Notes: generated from the letters alone by a model not told the origin. DNA of 64,000 nt from Armatimonadota bacterium (GCA_037444405.1 JBBIML010000006.1:209135-273134); one strand, 5' to 3'; counted from the stretch's first letter, positions 12,071-22,937 are shown. A program made the numbers and translations.

Positions 12071-13303
12071 TCAGCATACTAATTCACTCTTTGATGGTTC
12101 CTGGACTTCCGATAAATTGGCTCTGTCGGGTGGCATCACAAGGCTCAGTCCCATGCGGTTGCACACCTGCTGTACATGCGCCTCAATAGAGAACTGCTGA
12201 GCGGTGGCTCTGGCTCCCTCGCCAAGCCGTTTGCGGTGTTGATAGGCGCGTTCGATGAGCCTCGCCAGTTGCCCGGGGTCGCGCTCGGTCAGCACATAGC
12301 CGTTGTAGTCGTCCTTCACCACGCTGGGCAGTCCGCCCACCGCCGTTACGACCGCGGGCAGCCCGCACGCCATCGCCTCCAGCAGCGCCATCGGCAACCC
12401 TTCCCACAGCGAGGTCAGCACGAACACATCCGCCGATTGATAATACGGTAAAATCGCCTCGCGTGGCAGCAAGCCTGTCATCTCCACCGCCTCCTGAACG
12501 CCATGCTGGGCAATCCACACCCGCACCTGCCCCTCCACCGGGTTATAGTCCTGCGAGCCGCCCACCAGGATCAGGCGGGCGTTCGGATGAGTCTTTCGAA
12601 ACTGCGCGAAGCCGGCGATGAGCAGGTCGAGCCCTTTGGAGGCGTCCAGCCGCCCCACGAACAGAATGCGCGGCGCGCTCTCGTCGCGTTCGCGCTCTGG
12701 CGATGGGCAGTAGCGCTCGGTCTCCACGCCCAGCGGGATGGAATGGAACTTCTCGCGCAGGGCAGGGAACCGATTCGTGTAGAACTCGTAATCGGCGGGG
12801 CTGATCACAATCACTCCCTGCGCTCGCCGAATGACCCGCGCCTCCATCCGATAGAACCACGCGCGGAACCAGCGCCAGCGGAACAGCGGATGGCTCGTCC
12901 AGCGCTCCACGAACACCGATTGACCGTGCGTGTTGAAATAGAGGGGCACATCGTCGTGCAGGAAGGGTAGCCCATGCTCCGCCCGCTGAATGTAAAGGGG
13001 CGCATTCAGAGCCAGAATCTCGCGGCGGAAGCGGCGCAACGCCCGCACGAAGCGAGCATTAAGCGGGATGCGCGAACGGCGCTGACGCGCCTCATCCACA
13101 AACAGAATCGGCAGAAACGGGCGCTCGATGGCGCCCAGCAGAATACGGCTCCATTCGCCAATCGGCTGAGAGGCGTCAAGGGTCAAGCCGACGATAAAGA
13201 CCTCCACAGGCGCGTAACGGGCGAAGTTCTTGGCGTACTCCAGCACACCCCCCATCGGATAGCCCCGAAAATCGCCACTGTAAATCAGCACCAGTCGGCT
13301 CAT
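12071..13303 (-). CDS. Glycosyltransferase family 4
   Basis: LFVGRLDASKG, DVFVLTSLWEGLPMALLEAMACGLP. Confidence 0.92.
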   Translation of the reverse strand: MSRLVLIYSGDFRGYPMGGVLEYAKNFARYAPVEVFIVGLTLDASQPIGEWSRILLGAIERPFLPILFVDEARQRRSRIPLNARFVRALRRFRREILALNAPLYIQRAEHGLPFLHDDVPLYFNTHGQSVFVERWTSHPLFRWRWFRAWFYRMEARVIRRAQGVIVISPADYEFYTNRFPALREKFHSIPLGVETERYCPSPERERDESAPRILFVGRLDASKGLDLLIAGFAQFRKTHPNARLILVGGSQDYNPVEGQVRVWIAQHGVQEAVEMTGLLPREAILPYYQSADVFVLTSLWEGLPMALLEAMACGLPAVVTAVGGLPSVVKDDYNGYVLTERDPGQLARLIERAYQHRKRLGEGARATAQQFSIEAHVQQVCNRMGLSLVMPPDRANLSEVQEPSKSELVC

Positions 13304-14556
13304 CGGCTCACCCCCTGATCCGACACGCCTGCCGACACAGGTGTTGCAGATGGCCCGTTCGGCAGCAGATGGTCATAGAACTCTATGAGCTTCTTCTTGC
13401 TATGCTCCCAGCTGAGGCATTCTAAAAAGCGTTTGCGTCCGAACTCGCCCATGTGGGCGCGGCGTTCAGGGTCGTTGAGCAGTTCGATAATCGCCTGTGC
13501 GAAGGCACGCTCGTCATTATTGGGCACATAGACCGCTGCGTCCTGCGCCGAATAGCGCGACTCCTTGAGATCGAACGACACAATCGGCAGCCCGATCGCC
13601 ATGTATTCGATTACCTTGTTCATCGTGGAGACATCGTTCAGCGGGTTGAGCGGGTCGGGCGCGAGGGCGACATCGGCGGTGGAGAAGTAGCGCAACACCT
13701 CTTCATCGGGGATGCGCCCGGTGAACTCCACGAATTCGTTCAGGCGCAGGTCGTGGCACATCTGCACCAGGTCAGGAAACATATCGCCGCCGCCAATCAG
13801 CGCGAAGTGGAGCTCGGTATGATTGAAAGTGTAGACCACATGGTGGATGGCGCGCAGGAGGTAATCCACGCCATCCTGTGCGCCCATCACGCCCAGATAC
13901 ACGCCCAGATAGCGTCGCCCGCGTTTGAGGCTGGGGTCCGGTTCCACGCGCTTGAACTGGCTTGCCATCGGTCCGCTGCGCACAATGGTGATGCGTTCTG
14001 GCGGGATGCCGCCCCGTTCCATCGCCACGCGCCGATACGATTCGTTGGGCATGATCACGCCGTCTGCCGTGCGATAGGTCTGCTTCTCCAGCCACAGAAG
14101 CCCCTTATAGAGCAGTCCGCGCTTACCAAAGCGTGATTCATACAGCTCCGGGCAAAGATCGTGCTGGTCATACACGAACTTGACGCCCCTGCGCTTGTAC
14201 CAGCGGGCAATCGCCCAGAAGGTATCGGGCGGGTTGCAGGTGTGGATGACATCGATGCCCTGCTCGCGCGCGACTCGCCGTGTGAGCCGCCATGTGTGCA
14301 GCCAGCAGTAGATGAACTCGTAAAAGAAGCTGAAGATACTGCGCGTAGGGGGCGGCATCGGATAGCGGTAGAGATACACGCCCTGCAGCTCCATATACTC
14401 CGGTTCATCGGGCGGGCGGGGCGAGATGACTGACACCTTATACCCTGCCTCGGTGAGCGCCAGCGATTCCTGCCACACGCGCCTGTCCATCGGCACGGGC
14501 AGGTTCTCCACAAGTATCAAGATGCTCCCCTTGCAGTTACCAGTACAGTCCGACAT
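13300..14556 (-). CDS. Glycosyltransferase family 4
   Basis: ENLPVPMDRRVWQE, YLGVMGAQDG, STMNKVIEYMAIGLPIV; GAGGTG SD before ATG 14556. Confidence 0.92.
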   Translation of the reverse strand: MSDCTGNCKGSILILVENLPVPMDRRVWQESLALTEAGYKVSVISPRPPDEPEYMELQGVYLYRYPMPPPTRSIFSFFYEFIYCWLHTWRLTRRVAREQGIDVIHTCNPPDTFWAIARWYKRRGVKFVYDQHDLCPELYESRFGKRGLLYKGLLWLEKQTYRTADGVIMPNESYRRVAMERGGIPPERITIVRSGPMASQFKRVEPDPSLKRGRRYLGVYLGVMGAQDGVDYLLRAIHHVVYTFNHTELHFALIGGGDMFPDLVQMCHDLRLNEFVEFTGRIPDEEVLRYFSTADVALAPDPLNPLNDVSTMNKVIEYMAIGLPIVSFDLKESRYSAQDAAVYVPNNDERAFAQAIIELLNDPERRAHMGEFGRKRFLECLSWEHSKKKLIEFYDHLLPNGPSATPVSAGVSDQGVSR

Positions 14557-15853
14557 AATCACCTCGCACTTTAGAGGGGTCGAGGGCACGCGCCAGGTCG
14601 ATCACCACCTGGTCGGCGCGTATCTGCTGCTGAACCGCCTCGCGCAGCGAGCGCTCTAAGTGCCCCACGATGACCACCTCCGCATGGGAGAGCAGTTGCC
14701 CGACATCCTCGCAAAGAATCTCACGAGTATGCGGGATCTCCCGCTCGATATACGCCTTGTTCGAGCCGTGCAGCGCGGCATACGACACATTCGGATCATA
14801 GATAAGCAGATTATACCCTTTGCCGATGAGTCGTTCCGCCAGCTCCACAAGCGGGCTTTCGCGCAGGTCGTCGGTACCGGGCTTGAACGACAGCCCGAAC
14901 AGCCCGACCTGCCGTCGCCGAAGTTGCTGAACCTGTTTGATCACGCGCTCAATCTGCATGCGATTGCTGGGCAGCACATGTTCGAGCATGGGCAGTTGCA
15001 GGTCGTGCAGGCGGGCGCGATAGGTGAGCGCGCGCAAATCTTTGGGCAAACAGGAGCCGCCAAAAGCGAAGCCCGGCGTCAAATAGCGTGGCGAGATGTT
15101 GAGCTTGGTGTCAGTGCAGAAGATCCGCATCACCTCATGGCTATCGATTCCCTCCGCCTTACAGAGCATGCCCAGCTCGTTCGCAAAGGTGATTTTGACG
15201 GCGTGGAAGGCGTTGCAGGCATATTTGATCATCTCGGCGGCGCGAATGGAGGTGATGAACAGCTGGGCTTCAACGCCCGCATAGAGATGGGCGACAACTT
15301 CGGCATCTTCGCGCTTGAGCGAGCCGATTATCGTGAAGGGCGGGTCATAAAAATCGCGGATGGCAACCCCCTCTCGCAGGAATTCAGGGTTCACGCACAG
15401 CCCGAAGCCCTCGTTCACGCGCTTGCCAGAACGCTGCTCCAGAATGGGCAGCACCACCTCTTCAGCGGTGCCGGGCAGAATGGTGCTGCGGATGACCACG
15501 ATATGATAGCTCTCTTTTGTGCGCAGGGCGTCGCCGATTTCGGTTGCCACCTGTTCCAGAAAATCGGTGCGCAGGTCGCCGTTCTCTTTGCTGGGCGTGC
15601 CAACGCAAATCAGCGAAAGGTCGGTCTGGTGGACAGCTTCCTCTGCGCAATCGGTCACGGTCAATCGCCCTGTCCGTATGGCTTCCTGCAGGAGCGGCTC
15701 GAGGTTCTCTTCCACGATGGGCGCGCGCCCCTGCCGTATCAGCCCTAACTTGTAGGGGTCCACATCAACGCCGATTACGCTATGCCCCTCTCTGGCGAAG
15801 CACGCCGCCGACACCGCGCCCACATAGCCCAGTCCGAAAATGCTCACTCTCAT
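14537..15853 (-). CDS. GDP-mannose/UDP-glucose 6-dehydrogenase family (AlgD-like)
   Basis: FGLGYVG, CVGTPS, NPEFLREG, GFAFGGSCLPKD, FKPGTDDLRESP. Confidence 0.93.
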   Translation of the reverse strand: MRVSIFGLGYVGAVSAACFAREGHSVIGVDVDPYKLGLIRQGRAPIVEENLEPLLQEAIRTGRLTVTDCAEEAVHQTDLSLICVGTPSKENGDLRTDFLEQVATEIGDALRTKESYHIVVIRSTILPGTAEEVVLPILEQRSGKRVNEGFGLCVNPEFLREGVAIRDFYDPPFTIIGSLKREDAEVVAHLYAGVEAQLFITSIRAAEMIKYACNAFHAVKITFANELGMLCKAEGIDSHEVMRIFCTDTKLNISPRYLTPGFAFGGSCLPKDLRALTYRARLHDLQLPMLEHVLPSNRMQIERVIKQVQQLRRRQVGLFGLSFKPGTDDLRESPLVELAERLIGKGYNLLIYDPNVSYAALHGSNKAYIEREIPHTREILCEDVGQLLSHAEVVIVGHLERSLREAVQQQIRADQVVIDLARALDPSKVRGDYVGLYW

Positions 15854-15914
15854 CAGCGTTCGTCCCTTTCAGGTATTCCATATCGCGCTGGGAATTTTAC
15901 CCCCGTTTCCCGAC

Positions 15915-16484
15915 TTATGGAGGCTCCTCCATCAGCTGCTGCAGATTAATCTCGAAGCCGGGCATGGCAGCGGGGCGGAACACCTCGCCGGCATCGGCAA
16001 CGGTGCTGATCTGATAGCCATCAGGGGTGAGCTTGAGTTCCTGCGCCACGAGCGTTTCGCTGTCTATCAGCCAGTACCATGGCACACCTGCAGCCTGATA
16101 GGCGCGCAGTTTGCGCACGGTATCCCGCGTGCGCGTGCTGGGCGAAACCACTTCCACTATCAGGTCGGGCACGCCTCTGATTTTGCCGTTAGGCGTGTAG
16201 AGTTCGCTTTCGCGCTCGCGCCGAATAAACATCAGGTCAGGAATGAAGCCTACCCCCGTCGGCAAAGCGACATCCAGCTCCATCTCAATCGATCCGCTCC
16301 CGGTCTGGTTTGCCCAGCGCTCCATCTGAGTGAACAGCCTGCCCACAATCCGCTGATGCTGGCGTGTTGGTGATGCCATCGGCACAAGCCTCCCCTCTTC
16401 GAACTCGAAGCGTGGCTCCAGCTCGGCTTTGAGCCACTCCTCCAGCGTCCATTCCCGCTTCTCAATCGCCTCGCTCAGCGCCAT
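15915..16484 (-). CDS. Uma2 family (PD-(D/E)xK) endonuclease
   Basis: IPDLMFI, PDLIVEVVSPST..RD...KL..Y...GVPWYWLID. Confidence 0.92.
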   Translation of the reverse strand: MALSEAIEKREWTLEEWLKAELEPRFEFEEGRLVPMASPTRQHQRIVGRLFTQMERWANQTGSGSIEMELDVALPTGVGFIPDLMFIRRERESELYTPNGKIRGVPDLIVEVVSPSTRTRDTVRKLRAYQAAGVPWYWLIDSETLVAQELKLTPDGYQISTVADAGEVFRPAAMPGFEINLQQLMEEPP

Positions 16485-16551
16485 AAGGGTTCACCCACCT
16501 CTATTATAGCCGATTTTTGACCCCCGGCGTTCTGGTACAATACGATGTGCC

Positions 16552-17829
16552 ATGATTGACTATCGTCTGATTCGGAGCGAACCAGAGCGGGTGCGCGAGG
16601 CTCTGCGTCAGCGCGGCTACGAGCCATCGATGGTGGATGAATGGCTTGCCGTCGATACACGCTGGCGCGAGCTGACCACGCAGGTGGAGACGCTCACTGC
16701 CGAGCAGAACCGCGTATCGCGCGAGATTCCCCAGCTCAAAAAGGCGGGGCAGGATGTGAGCGGGTTGATTGCCCAGATGCGCGAGCTGGGCGAGCAGATC
16801 AAACATCTGGAGCAGCAGCGGCGCGAGTTGGAGGACCAGCGCGAGCAGATGCTGCTGATGTTCCCCAACATTCCGCACGAGACCACGCCCATCGGCGCGG
16901 ATGCAAGCCACAATGTGGAGGTGCGACGCGGCGGGGCGCCGCACCCGATGGAGTTCGAACCGTGCCCGCACTGGGAAATCGCCGAGCGACTGGGGCTAAT
17001 CGACTTCGAGCGCGGCGCCAGAATCAGCGGCAGCGGCTTTCATGTCTACACGGGGCTGGGCGCCCGCCTCGAACGCGCCCTTATCAACTTCATGCTTGAC
17101 CTGCACACGCGCGAGCATGGCTACACGGAGGTTTTCCCACCCTTTCTGGTGCGCCCCGAAGTGATGCAGGGCACGGGGCAACTGCCCAAGTTCGCCGAGG
17201 AGATGTATCGCTGTGCCGATGACCCGCTCTATCTGATCCCGACCGCCGAAGTGCCCGTGACGAACCTCTATCGCGACGAGATTCTGAGCGCGGAGCAGCT
17301 GCCCATCAATCTGGTTGCCTATTCACCCTGCTTTCGGCGCGAGGCAGGCGCGGCGGGACGCCTCACGCGCGGACTGCTGCGCGTGCATCAGTTCAATAAG
17401 GTGGAGCTGGTTAAATTCACCACGCCTGAAACCTCTTATGTCGAGCATGAGCGCCTGCTGCGCGATGCCGAGACGGTGCTGCAACGGCTGGAGCTACCCT
17501 ATCGCATTATGCTCCTCTGCACGGGCGATCTGGGCTTCGCCGCCGCCAAATGCTACGATTTAGAGGTCTGGTCGCCTGGTGTCCAGCAGTGGCTGGAGGT
17601 GTCGTCGTGCAGCAACTTTGAGGATTTTCAGGCGCGGCGGGCGAACATTCGGTTCCGTCGGGAGCCGACCGCGAAGCCCGAATATGTGCATACGCTGAAC
17701 GCTTCGGGCGTGGCGACCGCCCGCCTGATGGCGGCGCTGTTAGAGAACTACCAGCAGGCAGACGGCAGCGTGCTAATCCCCCTTGCCCTCCGCCCCTACA
17801 TGGACGGGCTGGAGCGAATAACCCCATAA
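16552..17829 (+). CDS. serS: Serine--tRNA ligase
   Basis: [55 protein letters not shown]. Confidence 0.98.
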   Translation: MIDYRLIRSEPERVREALRQRGYEPSMVDEWLAVDTRWRELTTQVETLTAEQNRVSREIPQLKKAGQDVSGLIAQMRELGEQIKHLEQQRRELEDQREQMLLMFPNIPHETTPIGADASHNVEVRRGGAPHPMEFEPCPHWEIAERLGLIDFERGARISGSGFHVYTGLGARLERALINFMLDLHTREHGYTEVFPPFLVRPEVMQGTGQLPKFAEEMYRCADDPLYLIPTAEVPVTNLYRDEILSAEQLPINLVAYSPCFRREAGAAGRLTRGLLRVHQFNKVELVKFTTPETSYVEHERLLRDAETVLQRLELPYRIMLLCTGDLGFAAAKCYDLEVWSPGVQQWLEVSSCSNFEDFQARRANIRFRREPTAKPEYVHTLNASGVATARLMAALLENYQQADGSVLIPLALRPYMDGLERITP

Positions 17830-17965
17830 TCGCGTGGTTTTTGCCCAAAATCCCGTATTTTTGCGGGGCGCCCCTGTCCGCTTTTGGACGGCTTTCGAGT
17901 CAATAATAGATGGGACGCCCTGCAGGGCGATTCCCCCACTCTAACGACGAGGAGGTTCGACCGAT

Positions 17966-19126
17966 ATGAAGGGAGCCTGTATGATGAGCAATCGCATGGC
18001 AATCGCGTTGCTGCTGGTGGGAGCGTTTGCCATCGCCAGCGCGCAGCAACTGGTGCATCATCGCAGCTTCAATCTTGTGCCGCTTTTCCCCAGCGGTCAA
18101 GCGGCGGGTGATGTGGTGTTCGATGGCACAAGTGTCTATGTCAGCACCTGGCATAGCAGTAGCGGCACGCAGACCGTCTCGCTGGTGCGGCTGGGAAGCT
18201 TGAGCAGCCTGCTGGGCACACCCAGTGGTGACTGGACAACTTTTGACTGGCGCGTCGATTTAACGCAGGCGGGCGGCTCCCGCGATACACGGATTGTGTA
18301 TCACAACGGCTGGCTCTACTGGGGCGCAGGGCTGGGCGATTCAAACGCGGCCAACACGGGTATCCGCCGGTACGACCTCAGCGGCAATCTGGACACCAGC
18401 TGGTCCGGCGATGGCAACCTTTCCCTGACTGACGCAGGTGTTTCCCGCTACGACACCATCGATATCGATCCTGGCGCTGGTGGAGGTGCAACACTGGCAG
18501 TGGGTGTGTTCGGCTCCACCATCGTGCGCCGCTTCAGCCTGATCGACGGCTCCAACGCGGGCAACTCCAGCCCTGTTGGCGGTCAGACATCCACCCGCGA
18601 TTACGCTTTCGCCCCGAACGGCGACCTCTACATCCGCACGCAGGGTCGGGTCTCAAAGGCGACCCGTGTGAACGATACCACTTTCAACGCCCCTGTTGAT
18701 CTCGCCACCTGGAGCGAGGGCTCGCTGGCACAGGCGTTTGTCGCCTATATCCCCATCTCCACCGAGTTCTACAGCGGCTTTCCCGATTATGTGCTGTATA
18801 ACCAGCGCGTGTCGGGGCAGAACAAGGTGTTCATTATTCAGCCTGATGGAACCGTTGTTGGTGAGCTGACCGGACTGGAGGACACCACCGATGACGAGGA
18901 CTTCGGTACAGACTTCACCGAGGTCGCCTTCGATAACACCCTGCTGAACGCCAGCTGGGGTAAGACCGCGGATGGACGGATGTTCATCTTTGTGGTGAAG
19001 GGCGGCACAGGGGCGGCTGCTTTTGGTGACCGTCTCGACATCTACGAGGTGGTGCCGGAGCCGGCGAGCCTGCTGGCGCTGGGCGTCGGGCTGGTCGGGC
19101 TGATGCGCCTGCGCCGTCGCACATAA
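17966..19126 (+). CDS. Secreted PEP-CTERM sorting-domain protein (start may be 17981/17984)
   Basis: Signal peptide ..AIASAQ; C-term VPEPASLLALGVGLVGLMRLRRRT. Confidence 0.9.
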   Translation: MKGACMMSNRMAIALLLVGAFAIASAQQLVHHRSFNLVPLFPSGQAAGDVVFDGTSVYVSTWHSSSGTQTVSLVRLGSLSSLLGTPSGDWTTFDWRVDLTQAGGSRDTRIVYHNGWLYWGAGLGDSNAANTGIRRYDLSGNLDTSWSGDGNLSLTDAGVSRYDTIDIDPGAGGGATLAVGVFGSTIVRRFSLIDGSNAGNSSPVGGQTSTRDYAFAPNGDLYIRTQGRVSKATRVNDTTFNAPVDLATWSEGSLAQAFVAYIPISTEFYSGFPDYVLYNQRVSGQNKVFIIQPDGTVVGELTGLEDTTDDEDFGTDFTEVAFDNTLLNASWGKTADGRMFIFVVKGGTGAAAFGDRLDIYEVVPEPASLLALGVGLVGLMRLRRRT

Positions 19127-19178
19127 TCGCACCCTGCCCTCCTCTCTCCAGCCGAGCTCGAGTCAGCGGAAAAAAAAA

Positions 19179-19203
19179 CCCTCTCCCCCACTGGGGGAGA
19201 GGG
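19179..19203. repeat. CCCTCTCCC..GGGAGAGGG-type REP palindrome
   Basis: CCCTCTCCCCCACTGGGGGAGAGGG, identical to 26661-26685. Confidence 0.8.
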
Positions 19204-19213
19204 ATGCATCGCT

Positions 19214-19372
19214 CTAAAGTAAGGCGGGGATGAGATAGGAGCCTTTCGCCTGTGGGTCGTGGATGGCGAGGAAGATGTAGAACATTTCGTCGTAGGTGCG
19301 TTCGCCGTAGCGCACCTCGCGTGGCGGGTTGCTCGGATTGTTCGGGTTGTCTGACGAGTTGTCGTACCAGCA
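19214..19372 (-). pseudogene. C-terminal remnant of a copper type II ascorbate-dependent monooxygenase-like protein
   Basis: WYDNSSDNPNNPSNPPREVRYGERTYDEMF motif; upstream sequence has no matching N-terminus. Confidence 0.7.
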
Positions 19373-19466
19373 AGGGTCTTTCCTCTTGCATTCGCGGTCA
19401 GCAGGTGGGTAAAATAAAGTGGAGTGGCAAGCCTGTGCCGGCGGGCTTGCTGCGCAGGCACGCAGG

Positions 19467-20561
19467 ATGGAACAGATTGGTGTCGGGATTATCGGGGCGG
19501 GCGGTATAGCCAGCGCCCATGCCAAAGCCTATGCGCAACTGGCGCCCGAGGTGCAGATAGTGGGCGTTGCCGATATTGACGAGGATCGGGCGCGGGCGCT
19601 GGCGATGCGCTATCAGGTGCCGCTCTGGACGACCGAAGCGGAGGACCTGCTGCGCAACGACGAGATTCAGATTGTGAGTATTTGCACACCGCACCACCTG
19701 CACGCGCCGATAGCAATTGCCGCGATGGAGGCGGGCAAGCATGTGCTGGTGGAGAAGCCGATGGCGGTCAGCCTCGATGAAGCCGACACAATGATTGCCA
19801 CTGCGCGGCGCACCCGACGCCTGCTCAGCGCCATCTTCCAGCTGCGTTATGAGGCGGACACGCGCCGCGCCAGGCTGGTGCTGGAACGCGGGCTGATTGG
19901 CAATCCGTTCTATGCGGAGGTCAGCTGCCTCTGGTGGCGGCGACCCGTCTACTACGAAGTGAGCTGGCGCGGACGCTGGTCAACCGAAGGGGGCGGCGCC
20001 GTCATCAATCAAGCCTCGCACCATGTCGATATGCTGGTGCATCTGCTGGGGCTGCCCAACAGCGTGCAGGCGACCATCGACACCGTCGCCCACGACATCG
20101 AAGTGGAAGACTGGTGCATGGCAAGCCTGTACTGGGAGCGCCCTGCCCGCTATGCCAGCTTCTGCGCCTCCACCGCCGCCGAGCTGGAGATGGATGTGAG
20201 TCGCATCCTGATTCTGGGCACGCAGGGCAGTATCCAGATGTTTCCGTTCCGTCCCCATTCACGGGACGAAGCGCAATTGACCGCCATAGCGGAAGCGTGC
20301 CGCGAAATCGAAGAACCCGCCTACCCGGGGCACGCGGCACAGATTCATGACTTCGTGCGATGCGTGCGAGAGGGCACCCAGCCACCCGTGAGCGGCGAGG
20401 AGGGACGCCTCTCGCTGGAGCTGATCAGCGCCATCTACCAGTCGGCGTTCACGGGCGAACCTGTCAAACTACCTCTCACCCCCGCCGACCCGTGCTACAC
20501 CACCGCCGGTAAACTGGAGATGGCACGCGCCTACATCGCACGCCGAGCGGAGCGAACCTGA
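19467..20561 (+). CDS. Gfo/Idh/MocA family oxidoreductase
   Basis: GIIGAGGIA, ICTPHHLH, AGKHVLVEKP, GGGAVINQASHHVD. Confidence 0.93.
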   Translation: MEQIGVGIIGAGGIASAHAKAYAQLAPEVQIVGVADIDEDRARALAMRYQVPLWTTEAEDLLRNDEIQIVSICTPHHLHAPIAIAAMEAGKHVLVEKPMAVSLDEADTMIATARRTRRLLSAIFQLRYEADTRRARLVLERGLIGNPFYAEVSCLWWRRPVYYEVSWRGRWSTEGGGAVINQASHHVDMLVHLLGLPNSVQATIDTVAHDIEVEDWCMASLYWERPARYASFCASTAAELEMDVSRILILGTQGSIQMFPFRPHSRDEAQLTAIAEACREIEEPAYPGHAAQIHDFVRCVREGTQPPVSGEEGRLSLELISAIYQSAFTGEPVKLPLTPADPCYTTAGKLEMARAYIARRAERT

Positions 20562-20577
20562 AGCAGGAGGGAGAACG

Positions 20578-21168
20578 ATGGAACCATATAAATCCCCTGT
20601 CCGAGTGTTAATCGCAGAGGATGAAGAGCTGACACGGTTGATGGTCAAGACCCAGCTGGAGCAGCTGGGCTATGAAGTGGTGGGCGAAGCCGAAACGGGT
20701 GAGGATGCCGTACGGGTCGCCCAGCAAACCCTGCCCGATGTGGTGGTGATGGATATCCGCATGCCGATTATGGACGGCATCGAGGCAGCGCGCCAGATCG
20801 TGCAGCAGCATCCGTGCGCGATTGTGTTCCTGACCGCCTATGCGGAAGAGGAACTGGTCAACCAGGCGACTGCTGCCGGCGCCTATGCCTATCTGCTCAA
20901 ACCGTTCCGCAAGCAGGAGCTGGCGCCCGCCATCAATGTCACGCTCACCCGATTCCGCGAGATGCAGAGCAAAGATAAGGAGGTGCAGGAACTCAAAGAG
21001 GCGCTCGAAACGCGCAAGTTGATCGAGCGCGCCAAAGGCATCCTGATGGATCGGCTGGGATTGAGCGAATCGGAGGCGTTCCGACGCATCCACTTTATGG
21101 CACGCAATCAGAATAAGACGATGAAGGAGATTGCGCAGAGCATCATCACGGCAGCGGAAATCCTGTAG
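20578..21168 (+). CDS. Response regulator with ANTAR RNA-binding domain (AmiR/NasT/PdtaR-like)
   Basis: REC domain (EDE, MDIRMP, KPF) followed by LETRKLIERAKGILM..GLSESEAF. Confidence 0.95.
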   Translation: MEPYKSPVRVLIAEDEELTRLMVKTQLEQLGYEVVGEAETGEDAVRVAQQTLPDVVVMDIRMPIMDGIEAARQIVQQHPCAIVFLTAYAEEELVNQATAAGAYAYLLKPFRKQELAPAINVTLTRFREMQSKDKEVQELKEALETRKLIERAKGILMDRLGLSESEAFRRIHFMARNQNKTMKEIAQSIITAAEIL

Positions 21169-21176
21169 GGGTCGCC

Positions 21177-21773
21177 GTGCAGTGGGTGCTGGCTTCTGAG
21201 TCGCCGCGGCGGCAGGCTCTGTTGCGCTTGCTGGGGCAGCCGTTCGAAATCCATCCTGCCCGCATTGAGGAGCGGCTGCCCTCTATTACAACGCGCCCCG
21301 CGCGATTGGCGAAGCGGCTGGCTCGCGCCAAAGCCGAAGCGGTCGCCCCTGCCTACACCGACGCGCTCATCATCGCCGCCGACACGCTGGTGGTGCTGGA
21401 CCAGCAGGTGCTGGGTAAGCCGCAAACCGCCGACGAAGCGCGCCAGATGCTGCGCCTGCTCTCCGGACGCACCCACACCGTCATCACCGCGCTCTGCCTG
21501 CTCCTGCGTCAGCAGGGGCGTACCACACGCCTCACCCTCGACGCCCCGCGCACGCGCGTCACCTTCCGAACCCTCACCGCTGAATGGATCGAATGGTACA
21601 TCGGCACGGGCGAGCCGTTCGATAAAGCGGGCGCATACGGCATTCAGGAGTACGGCGCGCTGCTGGTGGAGCGTGTGCAGGGTGACTACTTCAATGTGGT
21701 CGGCTTACCTCTGCCCACCCTCATCCAGCGCCTCGAAACGCTCATCGGCTGGCAACCCATCAAAAACCCGTAA
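21177..21773 (+). CDS. maf: Maf family nucleoside triphosphate pyrophosphatase
   Basis: LASESPRR, AADTLV, LGKP, DKAGAYGIQ, NVVGLP. Confidence 0.93.
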   Translation: MQWVLASESPRRQALLRLLGQPFEIHPARIEERLPSITTRPARLAKRLARAKAEAVAPAYTDALIIAADTLVVLDQQVLGKPQTADEARQMLRLLSGRTHTVITALCLLLRQQGRTTRLTLDAPRTRVTFRTLTAEWIEWYIGTGEPFDKAGAYGIQEYGALLVERVQGDYFNVVGLPLPTLIQRLETLIGWQPIKNP

Positions 21774-21872
21774 AATCACAAGCCTCATCTCCCCCACCAA
21801 ATCGGCTATAATAGAGCTGAAACCTGCTGGAGCGACCGTCGGTCGAATCGACACGAAACGGAGGCGAACCGT

Positions 21873-22730
21873 ATGCGAACAAAGGCACTCTGGAGTCTGG
21901 CATTGACCGTGAGCCTCGCCTGCCTGCAGGCGCAGGTGCTGTATCAGACGGGCTTTGAGAACCCGCCCTTCGTGCCCGGCGATATTTTGAGTCAGGACGG
22001 CTGGGATGAGTACCATATCGGCGTGCCGAATCTTGGGCAAATCAGCACCGAACGCGCCTTCTCCGGTCTGCAGTCGCTCAAGATTACCCCTGTGAGCGGC
22101 GGCGCCAACAGCTGGTGGTGGAAACCGATCAACTACAACACCAGTACCAACCCCAATAAGATTATCGTCGTTCGCTGGGACATGTATCTCACTGCCAGCA
22201 GCCGACAGGGGCAGTATGGCATCGATGTCTATTCGGGGATTGTTGAGCGTGTGTGCGCCCTCTTCGTGGATCCCAACAGTGAAGTGGTGCTGATCCGCTA
22301 TGCCAACGGCGTTGCGGAGGAACTGTATCGGACGGGGGTTTTTGTGCCGCGCGATCGCTGGAACCGATACCGCCTTGTGATCAACTACAACACGGGCAAC
22401 TTCCAGGCGTTCGTGAACGGTCAGCTGGTGGGTAGTGGGCGTATTCACAACGCTGCGGGCGCCGTTTTTGGCGACGCCGATGTGTGGCACTTCAACTTCG
22501 GCAGCGACTCGAACGACTCGGCGTTCTATGACAATCTCTCCATCGCGGCGGTCGCCCGATCCGATCAGGAGGGTGATGTCGATGGCAACGGCTGCGTGGA
22601 CGATAGTGACCTGCTCGCGGTGCTGTTCGCGTTTGGCAGCAGCGACCCTACTGCCGACCTCAACGACGACGGCATCGTGGACGACGCCGATTTGCTGACC
22701 GTGTTATTCAACTTTGGAGGCGGCTGTTAG
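21873..22730 (+). CDS. Secreted beta-sandwich protein with C-terminal dockerin-like domain
   Basis: Signal peptide; YQTGFE...FYDNLSI lectin-like frame; tail [22 protein letters not shown]...VLFNFGGGC. Confidence 0.8.
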   Translation: MRTKALWSLALTVSLACLQAQVLYQTGFENPPFVPGDILSQDGWDEYHIGVPNLGQISTERAFSGLQSLKITPVSGGANSWWWKPINYNTSTNPNKIIVVRWDMYLTASSRQGQYGIDVYSGIVERVCALFVDPNSEVVLIRYANGVAEELYRTGVFVPRDRWNRYRLVINYNTGNFQAFVNGQLVGSGRIHNAAGAVFGDADVWHFNFGSDSNDSAFYDNLSIAAVARSDQEGDVDGNGCVDDSDLLAVLFAFGSSDPTADLNDDGIVDDADLLTVLFNFGGGC

Positions 22731-22751
22731 CCCTTCACTCCCCCGAACCCC

Positions 22752-22779
22752 TTGACTTTTGCCGAAAGTGGGGTATAAT
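22752..22779 (+). promoter_or_regulatory. Sigma-70 promoter of HNH leader
   Basis: TTGACT-N16-TATAAT. Confidence 0.75.
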
Positions 22780-22787
22780 AGGGTGTG

Positions 22788-22937
22788 ATGCGGGAAGCCT
22801 ATACGGTTCGTTTTGGTTCGACACGCTGGAGCACAGGCTCCTGGTTTGGCATGCGCAGCCGGTACCGCAAGCGGCTGCTGCCGCCATACCGGGGGAGCCT
22901 GCGCCTGTGCTGGCGTGCGGCTCCCCGTTTTTATTAG
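22788..22937 (+). promoter_or_regulatory. Candidate attenuator: 49-codon leader ORF with overlapping terminator/antiterminator
   Basis: ATG 22788..TAG 22937; GGGGAGCC/GGCTCCCC stem followed by GTTTTTATT; competing GCACAGGCTCC/GGAGCCTGCGC helix. Confidence 0.6.

Noticed and set aside
17830..17965. Short hairpins upstream of the PEP-CTERM gene as an ANTAR target or riboswitch
   Set aside because: Loops do not fit the dual AxxG hexaloop pattern and no terminator follows
22785..22935. Leader as 6S RNA, SRP RNA or an IscB omega/HEARO RNA
   Set aside because: No SRP GGAA-loop/AGCAG motif or 6S central bubble recognised; the HNH protein is only ~180 aa and lacks RuvC and PLMP motifs
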